Below are positions 1-7,589 of a DNA stretch of 19,556 nt, in pieces; the first letter of the stretch is position 1, and each line of letters starts with the position of its first letter. The DNA lies in the NCBI GenBank assembly GCA_964621445.1, contig CAZUNO010000036.1, forward strand, positions 1 through 19,556. Direction: 5' to 3'. The notes under the pieces were generated by a model. The model did no database searches and was not told the DNA's origin. It saw nothing but the letters and a program-made list of their open reading frames with translations. Source of the DNA: Candidatus Hadarchaeota archaeon. Lineage in GTDB: Archaea; CAYQAE01; CAYVLA01. The translations under genes and the position numbers were made by a program.

Positions 1-215
1 TCGCAGTCATCACCGGAAACGATCATACCGAACTGACGGGAATCATAGTACTTGGTAATGCCAATGAACTCTGGATGCTCTATCGATTCCCCCTTCAATA
101 CCGGTAGAAATGCAGCAAAAAATGCAAGGGAAACAACCAGTAAAATGGCAGTTAAAAACGCGGTGTGAGTTCTGTCCTCAAATGCCTCAGGATTCAAATT
201 AAAGGGGATTTCCAT
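1..215 (-). CDS. Partial CDS (runs off left edge): N-terminally membrane-anchored protein, probably polysaccharide deacetylase-like
   Basis: Not in the ORF track; translated by hand. ATG at 215 (in-frame TAG upstream at 251-249) reads MEIPFNLNPEAFEDRTHTAFLTAILLVVSLAFFAAFLPVLKGESIEHPEFIGITKYYDSRQFGMIVSGDDC with no stop before base 1. A hydrophobic helix is followed by ITKYYDSRQFGMIVSGDD, resembling ICQYLGGKDAAVCCSFDS in 16720..18543 and the CE4 first motif (..TFDD). Confidence 0.6.
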   Translation of the reverse strand, partial: MEIPFNLNPEAFEDRTHTAFLTAILLVVSLAFFAAFLPVLKGESIEHPEFIGITKYYDSRQFGMIVSGDDC

Positions 216-336
216 GCAATTTCCGCGGTCAAATTCATAATAACCTTCCTAGTACAAAAAGCTATTGGAAGCATTAGAACTTCTGAATCCGTAGAGGCGG
301 GTAATATTTCTAATAATTTTGACTATCTGGCGTCTA

Positions 337-906
337 TCAATCTTCCAATTTCTTCTCTGCCAATATACATAGATTGTGTCCCAAGTTGCCCATCAAAGGA
401 AGCTGGAAATTGATGATTATTCCCTGACCAATTGGTATCCTTATGATTCTGGTTTCAAGATCAACCAATTTGAACCCCGTCTCCTCAAGCATCCTGCGCA
501 ATGAATGGGGATCCAGAAGCCTCTTATGCTCCTTGGGCTCTCTTACCTCGCCCCTGAATGCCCATCTAAGCACCCGGGTCAAAGAATAAAGATTCGGCGT
601 TGTGAGGACGAGTGAGCCACCATCGACCAATACTCTGCCGGCCTCGCTTAGAAGACGTTTCTGGTCCTCCACGTGTTCTATGATCTCCGACAGGACCACG
701 GCATCCATGCTATGTGATTGAATCGGCAGCCTAAGCCCATCGGCAACCAGCCCATTAGGAATTCTCGCCGATCTGAGAACATCCTCCCGGATATCTATGC
801 CTACCACCAGCGAACCAGGGTTGGCCCTAGATATCCCCATGTGAACGTGTGGCCGGTATGCACACCCGATATCCGCTATTCTATCCCCCCTGGAATTTTC
901 CCACAC
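337..906 (-). CDS. Class I SAM-dependent methyltransferase (Methyltransf_11-like)
   Basis: Motif I IADIGCAY, VVGIDI, ADGLRLP..SMDAVVLSEIIEHV, RVLVDGGSLVLTTPN. This type is common in glycosylation clusters. Start codon uncertain. Confidence 0.9.
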   Translation of the reverse strand: MWENSRGDRIADIGCAYRPHVHMGISRANPGSLVVGIDIREDVLRSARIPNGLVADGLRLPIQSHSMDAVVLSEIIEHVEDQKRLLSEAGRVLVDGGSLVLTTPNLYSLTRVLRWAFRGEVREPKEHKRLLDPHSLRRMLEETGFKLVDLETRIIRIPIGQGIIINFQLPLMGNLGHNLCILAEKKLED

Positions 907-1026
907 CCATCTTTCCCTACCTGTGGCCTCCCTTTTTTCGGATGACGTAAAGCCGACTCCCCAAGAGCTGGTAACTAGAGAATAGAAATCTAATACCTAT
1001 TAAACCTCATATAGGACTAAACCTCC

Positions 1027-2049
1027 CTATTCAGGGCGAGCATCGAAGTAGATGGACCCCTGGTAATCCTGGTCCAGGAACTGGTCCGGTATGGCAACGA
1101 ACACGAAGATCTGAACTTCCCCATGGCCGGAAAGCCCGTCCAGAAACCGCTGATTTTGGGGAGAGAGGATTAGTAGAGGTTTTCCCACCTCCGGGGGGGC
1201 AGTAGATTCATCGTCATCCAGAGTGAAGTCCTCCGGGTTGAGCGTAAAGGAGGGGTTCTCCTTTCCCACGAAGGTCGTTGATCCCACCTCCACCTTGAAA
1301 AGGTGGTTACTTCGGTATGTTAGGACCAGATCGGATCGGGATTCGCCTCCTGGTGCCCCCTCTATGGGCAGGTAGCTGGTGCTTAACCCAAGATATAGGT
1401 ATCGGTTAATTGTGAATCTCCGGGTTAGATTAGCTTCCTTCTCCTCGTCAGATACGGCAACGAAGACGAACCATTCCGAGGCCCAGGCCGTCCTATTCAC
1501 CCTTCCCCTGAAAAGCCAGTTAGCGTTGGCACCGCTGAGATTTGTCGGGGAGATACAATCCTCTATAAGCAGGTTAACTCCCTGGAATCCCTGGCCCTGG
1601 ACCCATTCAAAGGTGTAGTGGTCCGAGGGCGAATCATCCGCGTCCAGCTCGGATCGTGGCGAGTACATCACGACCTTGATGTTGAGAATATCTTCCGCGG
1701 TATTATTATCCCGGGCCCTTACCTGAATGGAGAATGGAACTCCGGGGTCAATGAACTCGGTCTGGATTCCCTCCTCATCCAGAATCTCCAACCCGTCCAC
1801 ATGGGGACCTGCGTTGAGTATATAGAAGGTAATGGGTATCTCAACCCCACCATCCGCGATGACCTGTATGGCGGAGGCTCCAAGAGCGAGGTAAACGGCC
1901 AATAACAGGAAACATCTCTCGAAGGTTGTTTGCTTCGTAGCTCTTCCTCCGACTTGGTCTTTAAGGTCCGAGGAAGTTCTTACCTTAAGGAAATTCAGCC
2001 CAAGCTTACCCGTGATGGACATTTCACAAACCAGCTGTGAGAATTTCAT
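1027..2049 (-). CDS. Family A secreted protein, copy A1 (two beta-sandwich domains; putative filament/surface subunit)
   Basis: Hydrophobic signal segment then EIPITFYILNAGP. Shares RDNNT..DI, YSP.S, HY.F.W, F.LDDD and IP..F.DQDY.G.I.F with 3037..3969 and 6650..7582. ATGA overlap with the stop of upstream 2046..2813. Confidence 0.85.
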   Translation of the reverse strand: MKFSQLVCEMSITGKLGLNFLKVRTSSDLKDQVGGRATKQTTFERCFLLLAVYLALGASAIQVIADGGVEIPITFYILNAGPHVDGLEILDEEGIQTEFIDPGVPFSIQVRARDNNTAEDILNIKVVMYSPRSELDADDSPSDHYTFEWVQGQGFQGVNLLIEDCISPTNLSGANANWLFRGRVNRTAWASEWFVFVAVSDEEKEANLTRRFTINRYLYLGLSTSYLPIEGAPGGESRSDLVLTYRSNHLFKVEVGSTTFVGKENPSFTLNPEDFTLDDDESTAPPEVGKPLLILSPQNQRFLDGLSGHGEVQIFVFVAIPDQFLDQDYQGSIYFDARPE

Positions 2050-2813
2050 TCCTCTTTTCTCTGGAGCATTTTCCTGAAAGCGAAGAATAGGGGAACGGAG
2101 CAGGCTATCAGTATGGCCGAGCCCACCGCCGGTATCAAACTCTTTCCCTCATTGCGCACGTAAACGGTCACACTGCAATCTTCCATGAAATCGCCATCCC
2201 CAAGTTCAGCCCTTATGGTATGCTCCCCGTTTTTCCACTCGGAGGTGGACCAGGTGAAGGAATCATCGTGTGATACCAGCTCGTCATCCACGAAAATGTT
2301 GATCGGTCCCTGCTCGGAATCCAGGACCTCGACCGCGACATGCACCTCTCCGGAAACCGTTTCCCCGTCCTTGGGGAATACTATACTCAACCTGGGCTGA
2401 TGGACCGGTTTTGTAAAGGTTACATTGAATTCGCGGCTGGCCAGTGGAATTATCTGGGGCCCCTCAACCGAGACCACTACCTTACCAGCGTAGGAACCCT
2501 CGGCCGGGGGGCTTCCATATGTGACCGGTATCTTTCTGTTTTCTCCGGGTTCCAGGCTCCAGAGCTCTTCACGGATGATCACCCAGCGACTGCCCTCACC
2601 CTCTACTCCCACTCGGTATAGACCCGATGAGTTGCCCTCATTGTATACCCTAATATAGGAGGTGATGTTCTCTCCCAGGCTAGCCTTGAATTCCTGCTGG
2701 GGTCCGGATATGGCCAGGCCAGGACTACAAGTAGCCGTTTGTATCATGGCAAAGGAAGCCACCAGAATTAGAATTACACCCGATTTTTCCTTGCTCACGA
2801 AGGTGGGGAACAA
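2046..2813 (-). CDS. Family B membrane-anchored protein, copy B1 (PapD/DUF916/NEW3-like module + Big_7-like Ig domain + C-terminal TM)
   Basis: Signal peptide; GLAISGPQQ...SYIRVYNEG...LEPGE module; Ig domain PRLSIVFPKDGETVSGEV...IFVDDELV...FTWST...NGEHTIRAE; TM LIPAVGSAILIACSVPLFFAF followed by a basic tail. Paralog of 5874..6653. Start is TTG 2813 or GTG 2798. Confidence 0.85.
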   Translation of the reverse strand: MFPTFVSKEKSGVILILVASFAMIQTATCSPGLAISGPQQEFKASLGENITSYIRVYNEGNSSGLYRVGVEGEGSRWVIIREELWSLEPGENRKIPVTYGSPPAEGSYAGKVVVSVEGPQIIPLASREFNVTFTKPVHQPRLSIVFPKDGETVSGEVHVAVEVLDSEQGPINIFVDDELVSHDDSFTWSTSEWKNGEHTIRAELGDGDFMEDCSVTVYVRNEGKSLIPAVGSAILIACSVPLFFAFRKMLQRKEE

Positions 2814-2977
2814 ACGGGGAATGAAAAATGCTAGTTGCCTTGAAGCAATTAGATTCAGATTTTTACAATTACCAGCCTAGGAAGCACGTTAGTATGGGAT
2901 TATCTCAGTGTCAATTTTCTCCATTGTGTAAATTTCAATCAGTATTGCGAACCGTCAAAGAGGAATGTTATGCCTCT

Positions 2978-2992
2978 GCAAAACTTTAAAGG
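2978..2992 (+). promoter_or_regulatory. Putative archaeal BRE + TATA box for the A2-D1-C1 operon
   Basis: GCAAAACTTTAAAGG in the AT-rich divergent intergenic region, upstream of an SD-like GGGAAGGT (3023-3030) and a TTG start at 3037. Confidence 0.5.
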
Positions 2993-3036
2993 CCTTTCGC
3001 CATCTTTTTCTTTACAGAGAAAGGGAAGGTTTCAGA

Positions 3037-3969
3037 TTGTCCGGTCGTAGAATATATTTCCTGGCCCTAACGGCGGTGGTCATGGTGCTATCAATGGCTT
3101 GTTCCAGAATACCCTCCAGCGCCGGCGAGGAGATTCCAGTGGTGGCCTACATCCAAAACGCCGAACCGGAGATCATCTCCACCGGCATGGTCGATGAACA
3201 GGGAAACCCGGAGACATCGGTAGACCCGGCGTCAACCTTCCTTTTGGAGGTCGAGGTCAGGGACAACAACACCATGCTTGACGTGGAGACCATAACCGTG
3301 GTACTCTATTCGCCGGAATCAACGCTGGAGGATCCCGACTCGGAAGTGGATCACTATACCTTCCAGTGGACCTCCGCCGGTTTCTCAAACCCCGGGGGAG
3401 TTGGAGAGATCATGCATTCATCGTGTCAGACCCCATCGGAGATGACCGCGGGAACCGGGATATGGATCATAGCGGCCCGGACCCATCGCCTGGCCAGGGA
3501 GGCCGAGGAATGGACGGTACATGCCACGGTGACCGATGAAGAGAACCAGAGCACGGCCCTATCCACCTTCGATGTTACGGGATTCATATCCCTGAACGTT
3601 GAGGACTCCCAGATCACCTTTTCCGGCTCACCCGGTGATACGGTCCCCGCCGATCAAAACCCAATTCGCATGACCTATACCTCAAATCGTTACTGCAAGA
3701 TCGGCTGTTGGTGCACGGGATTCGTGGGCAGCGAGGTGGATACGGTGGTCATCGACCCGTCGTCCTTTAGCATCGACGACGACCCGTATCATGAGGAGAC
3801 CCAGGAAACCGGCATGTCACCGGTAATTCTATCCGGGAACCGGGTCGAGATTTATTCAGGCCTATCCCCCGGCCAGGAGGACGAAGAGGTATACGTATTC
3901 ATCGACATTCCCCAGGCATTTCTGGATCAGGATTACCTGGGAACCCTTAGTTTTCAGATATACACGTGA
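3037..3969 (+). CDS. Family A secreted protein, copy A2
   Basis: ORF track gives 2965..3969. TTG 3037 is preferred because an SD precedes it, the TATA box lies inside the longer ORF, and the signal peptide follows directly. Motifs EEIPVVAYIQNAEP, RDNNTMLDV, PADQNPI, SFSIDDD, QDYLGTLSF. Confidence 0.85.
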   Translation: MSGRRIYFLALTAVVMVLSMACSRIPSSAGEEIPVVAYIQNAEPEIISTGMVDEQGNPETSVDPASTFLLEVEVRDNNTMLDVETITVVLYSPESTLEDPDSEVDHYTFQWTSAGFSNPGGVGEIMHSSCQTPSEMTAGTGIWIIAARTHRLAREAEEWTVHATVTDEENQSTALSTFDVTGFISLNVEDSQITFSGSPGDTVPADQNPIRMTYTSNRYCKIGCWCTGFVGSEVDTVVIDPSSFSIDDDPYHEETQETGMSPVILSGNRVEIYSGLSPGQEDEEVYVFIDIPQAFLDQDYLGTLSFQIYT

Positions 3970-4919
3970 AGACCATGAAACCAAAAAGAGATTTCATCCG
4001 GAAAGCCGCATTCTCGATATCCATTATTCTCCTCTCCATCTCCCTTGTCTTTGTGGTGGCCTCTGGGATAGGCCTAAGTGGGCCCGAACAGGATTTTCAT
4101 GTCCAGCCCGGAGACGGCCTTTCCTCACATCTGATCGTGTGGAACGAGGGAGGATCCGAGGAGGAATACGAGGCATGGGTGACCGGCGACATCTCCCAGC
4201 TGCTATCGGTTGATCCTATGACCTTCACCTTGTCCCCGGGCCAGGGAGTTACCCTGTCCCTGGAATACTCAGTACAATCAGGGCAAGCCCAGGGTACGTA
4301 CGAGGGACGCCTACAGGTGGCAGTGAAGGGGAACGGAATCTCCCCCTCCATATCTCGTGACCTGGTTCTGGCAGTTACCACCGGGACCACCTCCCGGATG
4401 GACCTCCAGGCAGGCATAAACCTGGTGACCTGGAGGGGGCCCAGCGGGAGTTTTGGCGATCTTATACCCAGCGACTCGGGCCTGTTCAAGATATGGAAGA
4501 GGACCCAGGATGGGAGCTACACCCAGGCCCAGTATTACTCCGAACAGGACCTGTGGTGGAGCACCGATGACGGTTTCACTGGTATCGAGACGGGGGAGGC
4601 CTACTTCTTCGAGACTGACCGGGAATGCACCCTGGACATCGAGGAACTGCCCCCCGCGGATAACATAGGTCTAAACGAGGGGCTGAACCTTGTCGGATGG
4701 AGCCACGACTCCGCCAGCTTTCAGGATGCATTCCCGCAGTCCCCGGACGATAATTACGTGGATAAGATCTGGAGGAAGGAGAGTGACGGGAGCTATTCCT
4801 TCGCCCAGTACTACCAGGAGGAGGACCAGTGGTGGAGTTCAACCCCGGATTTTCAGGGCCTGGAAACCGGAAGGGCATACTTCGTTGAGGCCAACAGGGG
4901 CGTTGAATTGACCCCCTAG
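3966..4919 (+). CDS. Family D secreted protein, copy D1 (PapD/NEW3-like module + two Trp/Tyr-rich G-x-N-L repeats)
   Basis: GTGA overlap with the A2 stop. Signal peptide, then GIGLSGPEQ...IVWNEG...FTLSPGQ module and two ~70 aa repeats. Collinear paralog of 7590..8525. Confidence 0.85.
   Translation: MKTMKPKRDFIRKAAFSISIILLSISLVFVVASGIGLSGPEQDFHVQPGDGLSSHLIVWNEGGSEEEYEAWVTGDISQLLSVDPMTFTLSPGQGVTLSLEYSVQSGQAQGTYEGRLQVAVKGNGISPSISRDLVLAVTTGTTSRMDLQAGINLVTWRGPSGSFGDLIPSDSGLFKIWKRTQDGSYTQAQYYSEQDLWWSTDDGFTGIETGEAYFFETDRECTLDIEELPPADNIGLNEGLNLVGWSHDSASFQDAFPQSPDDNYVDKIWRKESDGSYSFAQYYQEEDQWWSSTPDFQGLETGRAYFVEANRGVELTP
4404..4889 (+). repeat. Two intragenic protein-level tandem repeats in D1 (4404-4613 and 4671-4889)
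   Basis: LQAGINLVTW..KIWKRTQDGSYTQAQYY..WWS..FTGIETGEAYFFE versus LNEGLNLVGW..KIWRKESDGSYSFAQYY..WWS..FQGLETGRAYFVE. Also visible in the DNA: GCCCAGTA(T/C)TAC and GTGGTGGAG each occur twice. Confidence 0.9.
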
Positions 4920-4931
4920 GAGGATGATTGA

Positions 4932-5726
4932 ATGCCGAAACCCCCCGCAATTCTGCTATTCTCATTAACCATTATCGTCCTCCCCGTCTGCCTTGCGGAT
5001 CTCGATGTGAATGCCCTAGCCGGGAGGGTAGTCATCGGCAAGGAGCCAGCTCCCGCTGGAACCCAGATCAGGATAATTAATGCAGAGACCGGATTTTCCC
5101 TTACCACCAAGGTCGATGGACCGAATATTCCACCCTTCGCCAGATCCGAGGGAAGATATGAAACGGGAGATATGCCCGAGATGAGTACCGGGGATACGGT
5201 CATGGTCTCCGTCGACGGGTACAACTGGAACACTGAGATAAGTCTGGAGGCCGGAACAACCGAAGCGTACCTGGTAATAGTAACATTTCAGAATATCGAG
5301 GAAGACCATCAACCATATCGGCTTGAGGGCGCCGCCACAATAGGAGGGATATCCGGATTAGATTTGCCCGGAGCGGGAATCCTCTCGTCACCGCTTCCGG
5401 TGGACATATCTGCCAGACTGGGAAATTTGGGATCGTTGACTCTGGATTCAATTGGAGACCTATCCAATCGAGCACAACAAAGAATTGACAAAGTGAGGGA
5501 TGAGGTTCAGGACATCGCCGGCATCCTATCAATAATCTCCAGTAAAATCCGAGATATCATTCGAAGGTTGCCCCTAACCATTGCACTTACCCTTCTAGCC
5601 CCGCCCTCCTTTGCAGGTATGGTCTTCGTAATCTATCGGTATCGACGACCTGACACCCGTGTTACCAAGGAGGAGGTCAAGAGCGATGCCAGGGAAACCG
5701 ATGTTTTCTGGGACCCAGTGGGATGA
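4932..5726 (+). CDS. Family C membrane-anchored protein, short copy C1 (carboxypeptidase-regulatory/transthyretin-like tip domain, short helical linker, C-terminal TM)
   Basis: Strong SD GGAGGATGA upstream. Signal peptide ending CLA-D; domain DLDVNALAGRV..EPAPAGT..GRYETGD..TGDTV.VSV shared with 8488..10548; TM LPLTIALTLLAPPSFAGMVFVIY followed by RYRR. Confidence 0.85.
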   Translation: MPKPPAILLFSLTIIVLPVCLADLDVNALAGRVVIGKEPAPAGTQIRIINAETGFSLTTKVDGPNIPPFARSEGRYETGDMPEMSTGDTVMVSVDGYNWNTEISLEAGTTEAYLVIVTFQNIEEDHQPYRLEGAATIGGISGLDLPGAGILSSPLPVDISARLGNLGSLTLDSIGDLSNRAQQRIDKVRDEVQDIAGILSIISSKIRDIIRRLPLTIALTLLAPPSFAGMVFVIYRYRRPDTRVTKEEVKSDARETDVFWDPVG

Positions 5727-5835
5727 AAGAGGTCATTATTTTCACCGATAGCATGCCAAATCAAAAGCATGGACAGGGATGCGAAGGGTTTGAATGAAAA
5801 GTTTTAGAATATGGATCGACCTGCCTAATATTAAT

Positions 5836-5853
5836 TGAAAACATTTTCATATA
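5836..5853 (+). promoter_or_regulatory. Putative promoter/operator upstream of the B2-A3-D2-C2 operon
   Basis: TGAAAACATTTTCATATA: an inverted repeat TGAAAA-CA-TTTTCA overlapping a BRE/TATA-like element about 25 nt before ATG 5874. A related TGAAAAGTTTTAG lies at 5795-5807. Confidence 0.35.
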
Positions 5854-5873
5854 GTAAGAAGGGGAACCCCCTG

Positions 5874-6653
5874 ATGCCCCTAAGGCCGATCGCATTCATA
5901 GTGACAGCTATTCTTCTACTGTCACCTACTATGGCAAAAAGAGGGGTAGGTGTCTCCGGCCCGGACCAGGTCTTCTCCCTCACCCCCGGTAGCAATCTGA
6001 GTTCCTACCTAAGGGTCTACAACACCGGTGATGAGGTAACCACATACTCGGTTAAGGTTGAGGGTAACGTCTCCCGTTTCCTATCTCCGGAAAGCGATAG
6101 TATCGTGATAGATCCAGGGGAAAACCAGAAGCTTGAACTCACCTATAGGACCAAACATGACGACCTACCGGGAGAATACACCGGATCCTTCCTGGTTTCC
6201 ATCGGAGGCCAGCAGGTATCCCCCGGCGTGAGCAAGAGGGTAAGGATAATCATCGCTGGTACGGCCCCCAACCGACCGCCAAAGATAGCATTTCTGAGCC
6301 CGACTCAGGGCAAAGTTTCCGGTGAGGTCGATATCAGAGTCAATGCCTCCGATCCCGACGGAGACAGGCTGACAATCCATATATTCGTAGATGGCGATAT
6401 GGTCTCCGAATCTGAGATCTTCGTATGGGATACCACCCAGGTGGAGGAGGGCACTCACAACCTAACGGCCACCGCGAGCGATGGGGAGGACTTGGAGAGG
6501 GCGGAGCTATCGGTTGTGGTAGATAACGTCGAGCAAAATCGTGATTGGCTTTGGATCGTAACCTCGCTGGGTCTCTTCGTTATTTTCCTTATCCTGGCCG
6601 CTGCCAGGGGAGCTTCACACCAGAATGATGCCCGGAGGGAGAATACGGATTGA
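5874..6653 (+). CDS. Family B membrane-anchored protein, copy B2
   Basis: ORF track gives 5835..6653; ATG 5874 directly precedes the signal peptide. GVGVSGPDQ...SYLRVYNTG...IDPGENQ module; Ig domain NRPPKIAFLSP..VSGEV...DPDGD...IFVDG...WDTT...GTHNLTATASDG; C-terminal TM WLWIVTSLGLFVIFLILAAA. Confidence 0.85.
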   Translation: MPLRPIAFIVTAILLLSPTMAKRGVGVSGPDQVFSLTPGSNLSSYLRVYNTGDEVTTYSVKVEGNVSRFLSPESDSIVIDPGENQKLELTYRTKHDDLPGEYTGSFLVSIGGQQVSPGVSKRVRIIIAGTAPNRPPKIAFLSPTQGKVSGEVDIRVNASDPDGDRLTIHIFVDGDMVSESEIFVWDTTQVEEGTHNLTATASDGEDLERAELSVVVDNVEQNRDWLWIVTSLGLFVIFLILAAARGASHQNDARRENTD

Positions 6654-7582
6654 AAATTGGTAGATCATCCGGCCCAGGAGCCTTCATGGTCCTTCTCATT
6701 TCATTACTAATCATCCTTGGAGGAATACCAGCGACATCCTCGGAGGAGATTCCAATAGTGGTTAACATTCTAAATGCGGCCCCTGAGTTAGTTGATCTAT
6801 CGATATCGATAATGGGATCCGAATACGGTTCGGTTGATCCCGGGATGCAGTTTTCGGTAAACGTGACTGCGAGGGACAACAACACGGTAGCCGATATCGA
6901 TGAGATCGATCTAGTACTCTATTCACCATTCTCAACCGAATGGGGGAACCCCGATCCCGCTAATCATTACGCTTTCCGGTGGCGGGCGGGAAATGGATTT
7001 ACCAACCCCGGTGGCACTGGAGAGATATTTGGTGGCATCTCAAGCGAACCCTCTTCACTAGCTTCGGGAATGGGTAGCTGGATTTTCTCGGTCAAGATGG
7101 ACAAGTCCGCTATTCATTCCGACCAATGGACCCTGTCGGCCAGGATCAGTGATGACGAGGATGAGGGCAGTGGGACCGGAGAGTTCACGGTCAACAAATA
7201 CAGCTCGCTATACATTGATACCTCCGAGATCTCCTTCTCCGGCGTTCCGGGAAGCACGTCACCGGCTGATCAGAACCCCATATCGATCCGTTATAGCTCA
7301 AATTATGAACTTGATCTCGCCTGCTGGGCCACGGACTTCGTTGGCCGGGAGAGGCCAGAGGTGACCATAGGCCCAGCCTCCTTCATAGTGGACGACGATG
7401 ATAGCTTAGAGCCGCCGGAACAGGGAGCGAATTCACTCGAGCTTTCGGGGTCCCGGAAGACATTCCTTGGTGGCCGATCCCCGGCACAGGACTCCGGGAT
7501 GAATGTCCACCTGTTCATCCGTATTCCCGATTCCTTCTACGACCAGGAGTACGATGGACACATATTTTTTGATTTAAGGTGA
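6650..7582 (+). CDS. Family A secreted protein, copy A3
   Basis: TTGA overlap with the B2 stop. Signal peptide; EEIPIVVNILNAAP, RDNNTVADI, PADQNPI, SFIVDDDD, QEYDGHIFF. Confidence 0.85.
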   Translation: MKIGRSSGPGAFMVLLISLLIILGGIPATSSEEIPIVVNILNAAPELVDLSISIMGSEYGSVDPGMQFSVNVTARDNNTVADIDEIDLVLYSPFSTEWGNPDPANHYAFRWRAGNGFTNPGGTGEIFGGISSEPSSLASGMGSWIFSVKMDKSAIHSDQWTLSARISDDEDEGSGTGEFTVNKYSSLYIDTSEISFSGVPGSTSPADQNPISIRYSSNYELDLACWATDFVGRERPEVTIGPASFIVDDDDSLEPPEQGANSLELSGSRKTFLGGRSPAQDSGMNVHLFIRIPDSFYDQEYDGHIFFDLR

Positions 7583-7589
7583 CCAATAG

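Noticed and set aside
2814-3036. Invertible promoter switch or mobile-element end between the divergent cassettes
   Set aside because: No long flanking inverted repeats, recombinase or transposase visible in the window.
2720-3110. Lipoprotein lipobox candidates (TATC in B1, SMAC in A2)
   Set aside because: Non-canonical and the Cys is not conserved in paralogs.
3037-4010. Possible twin-arginine (Tat) signals: GRRIYFL in A2 and KRDFI in D1
   Set aside because: Neither matches S/T-R-R-x-F-L well, and the paralogs A1, A3 and D2 lack them; Sec export is more parsimonious.
4404-4889. Repeated DNA words as a possible CRISPR array or DGR template/variable repeat pair
   Set aside because: The repeats are in-frame, diverged protein-domain duplications with differences not restricted to adenines; there is no repeat-spacer periodicity, cas gene or reverse transcriptase in the window.
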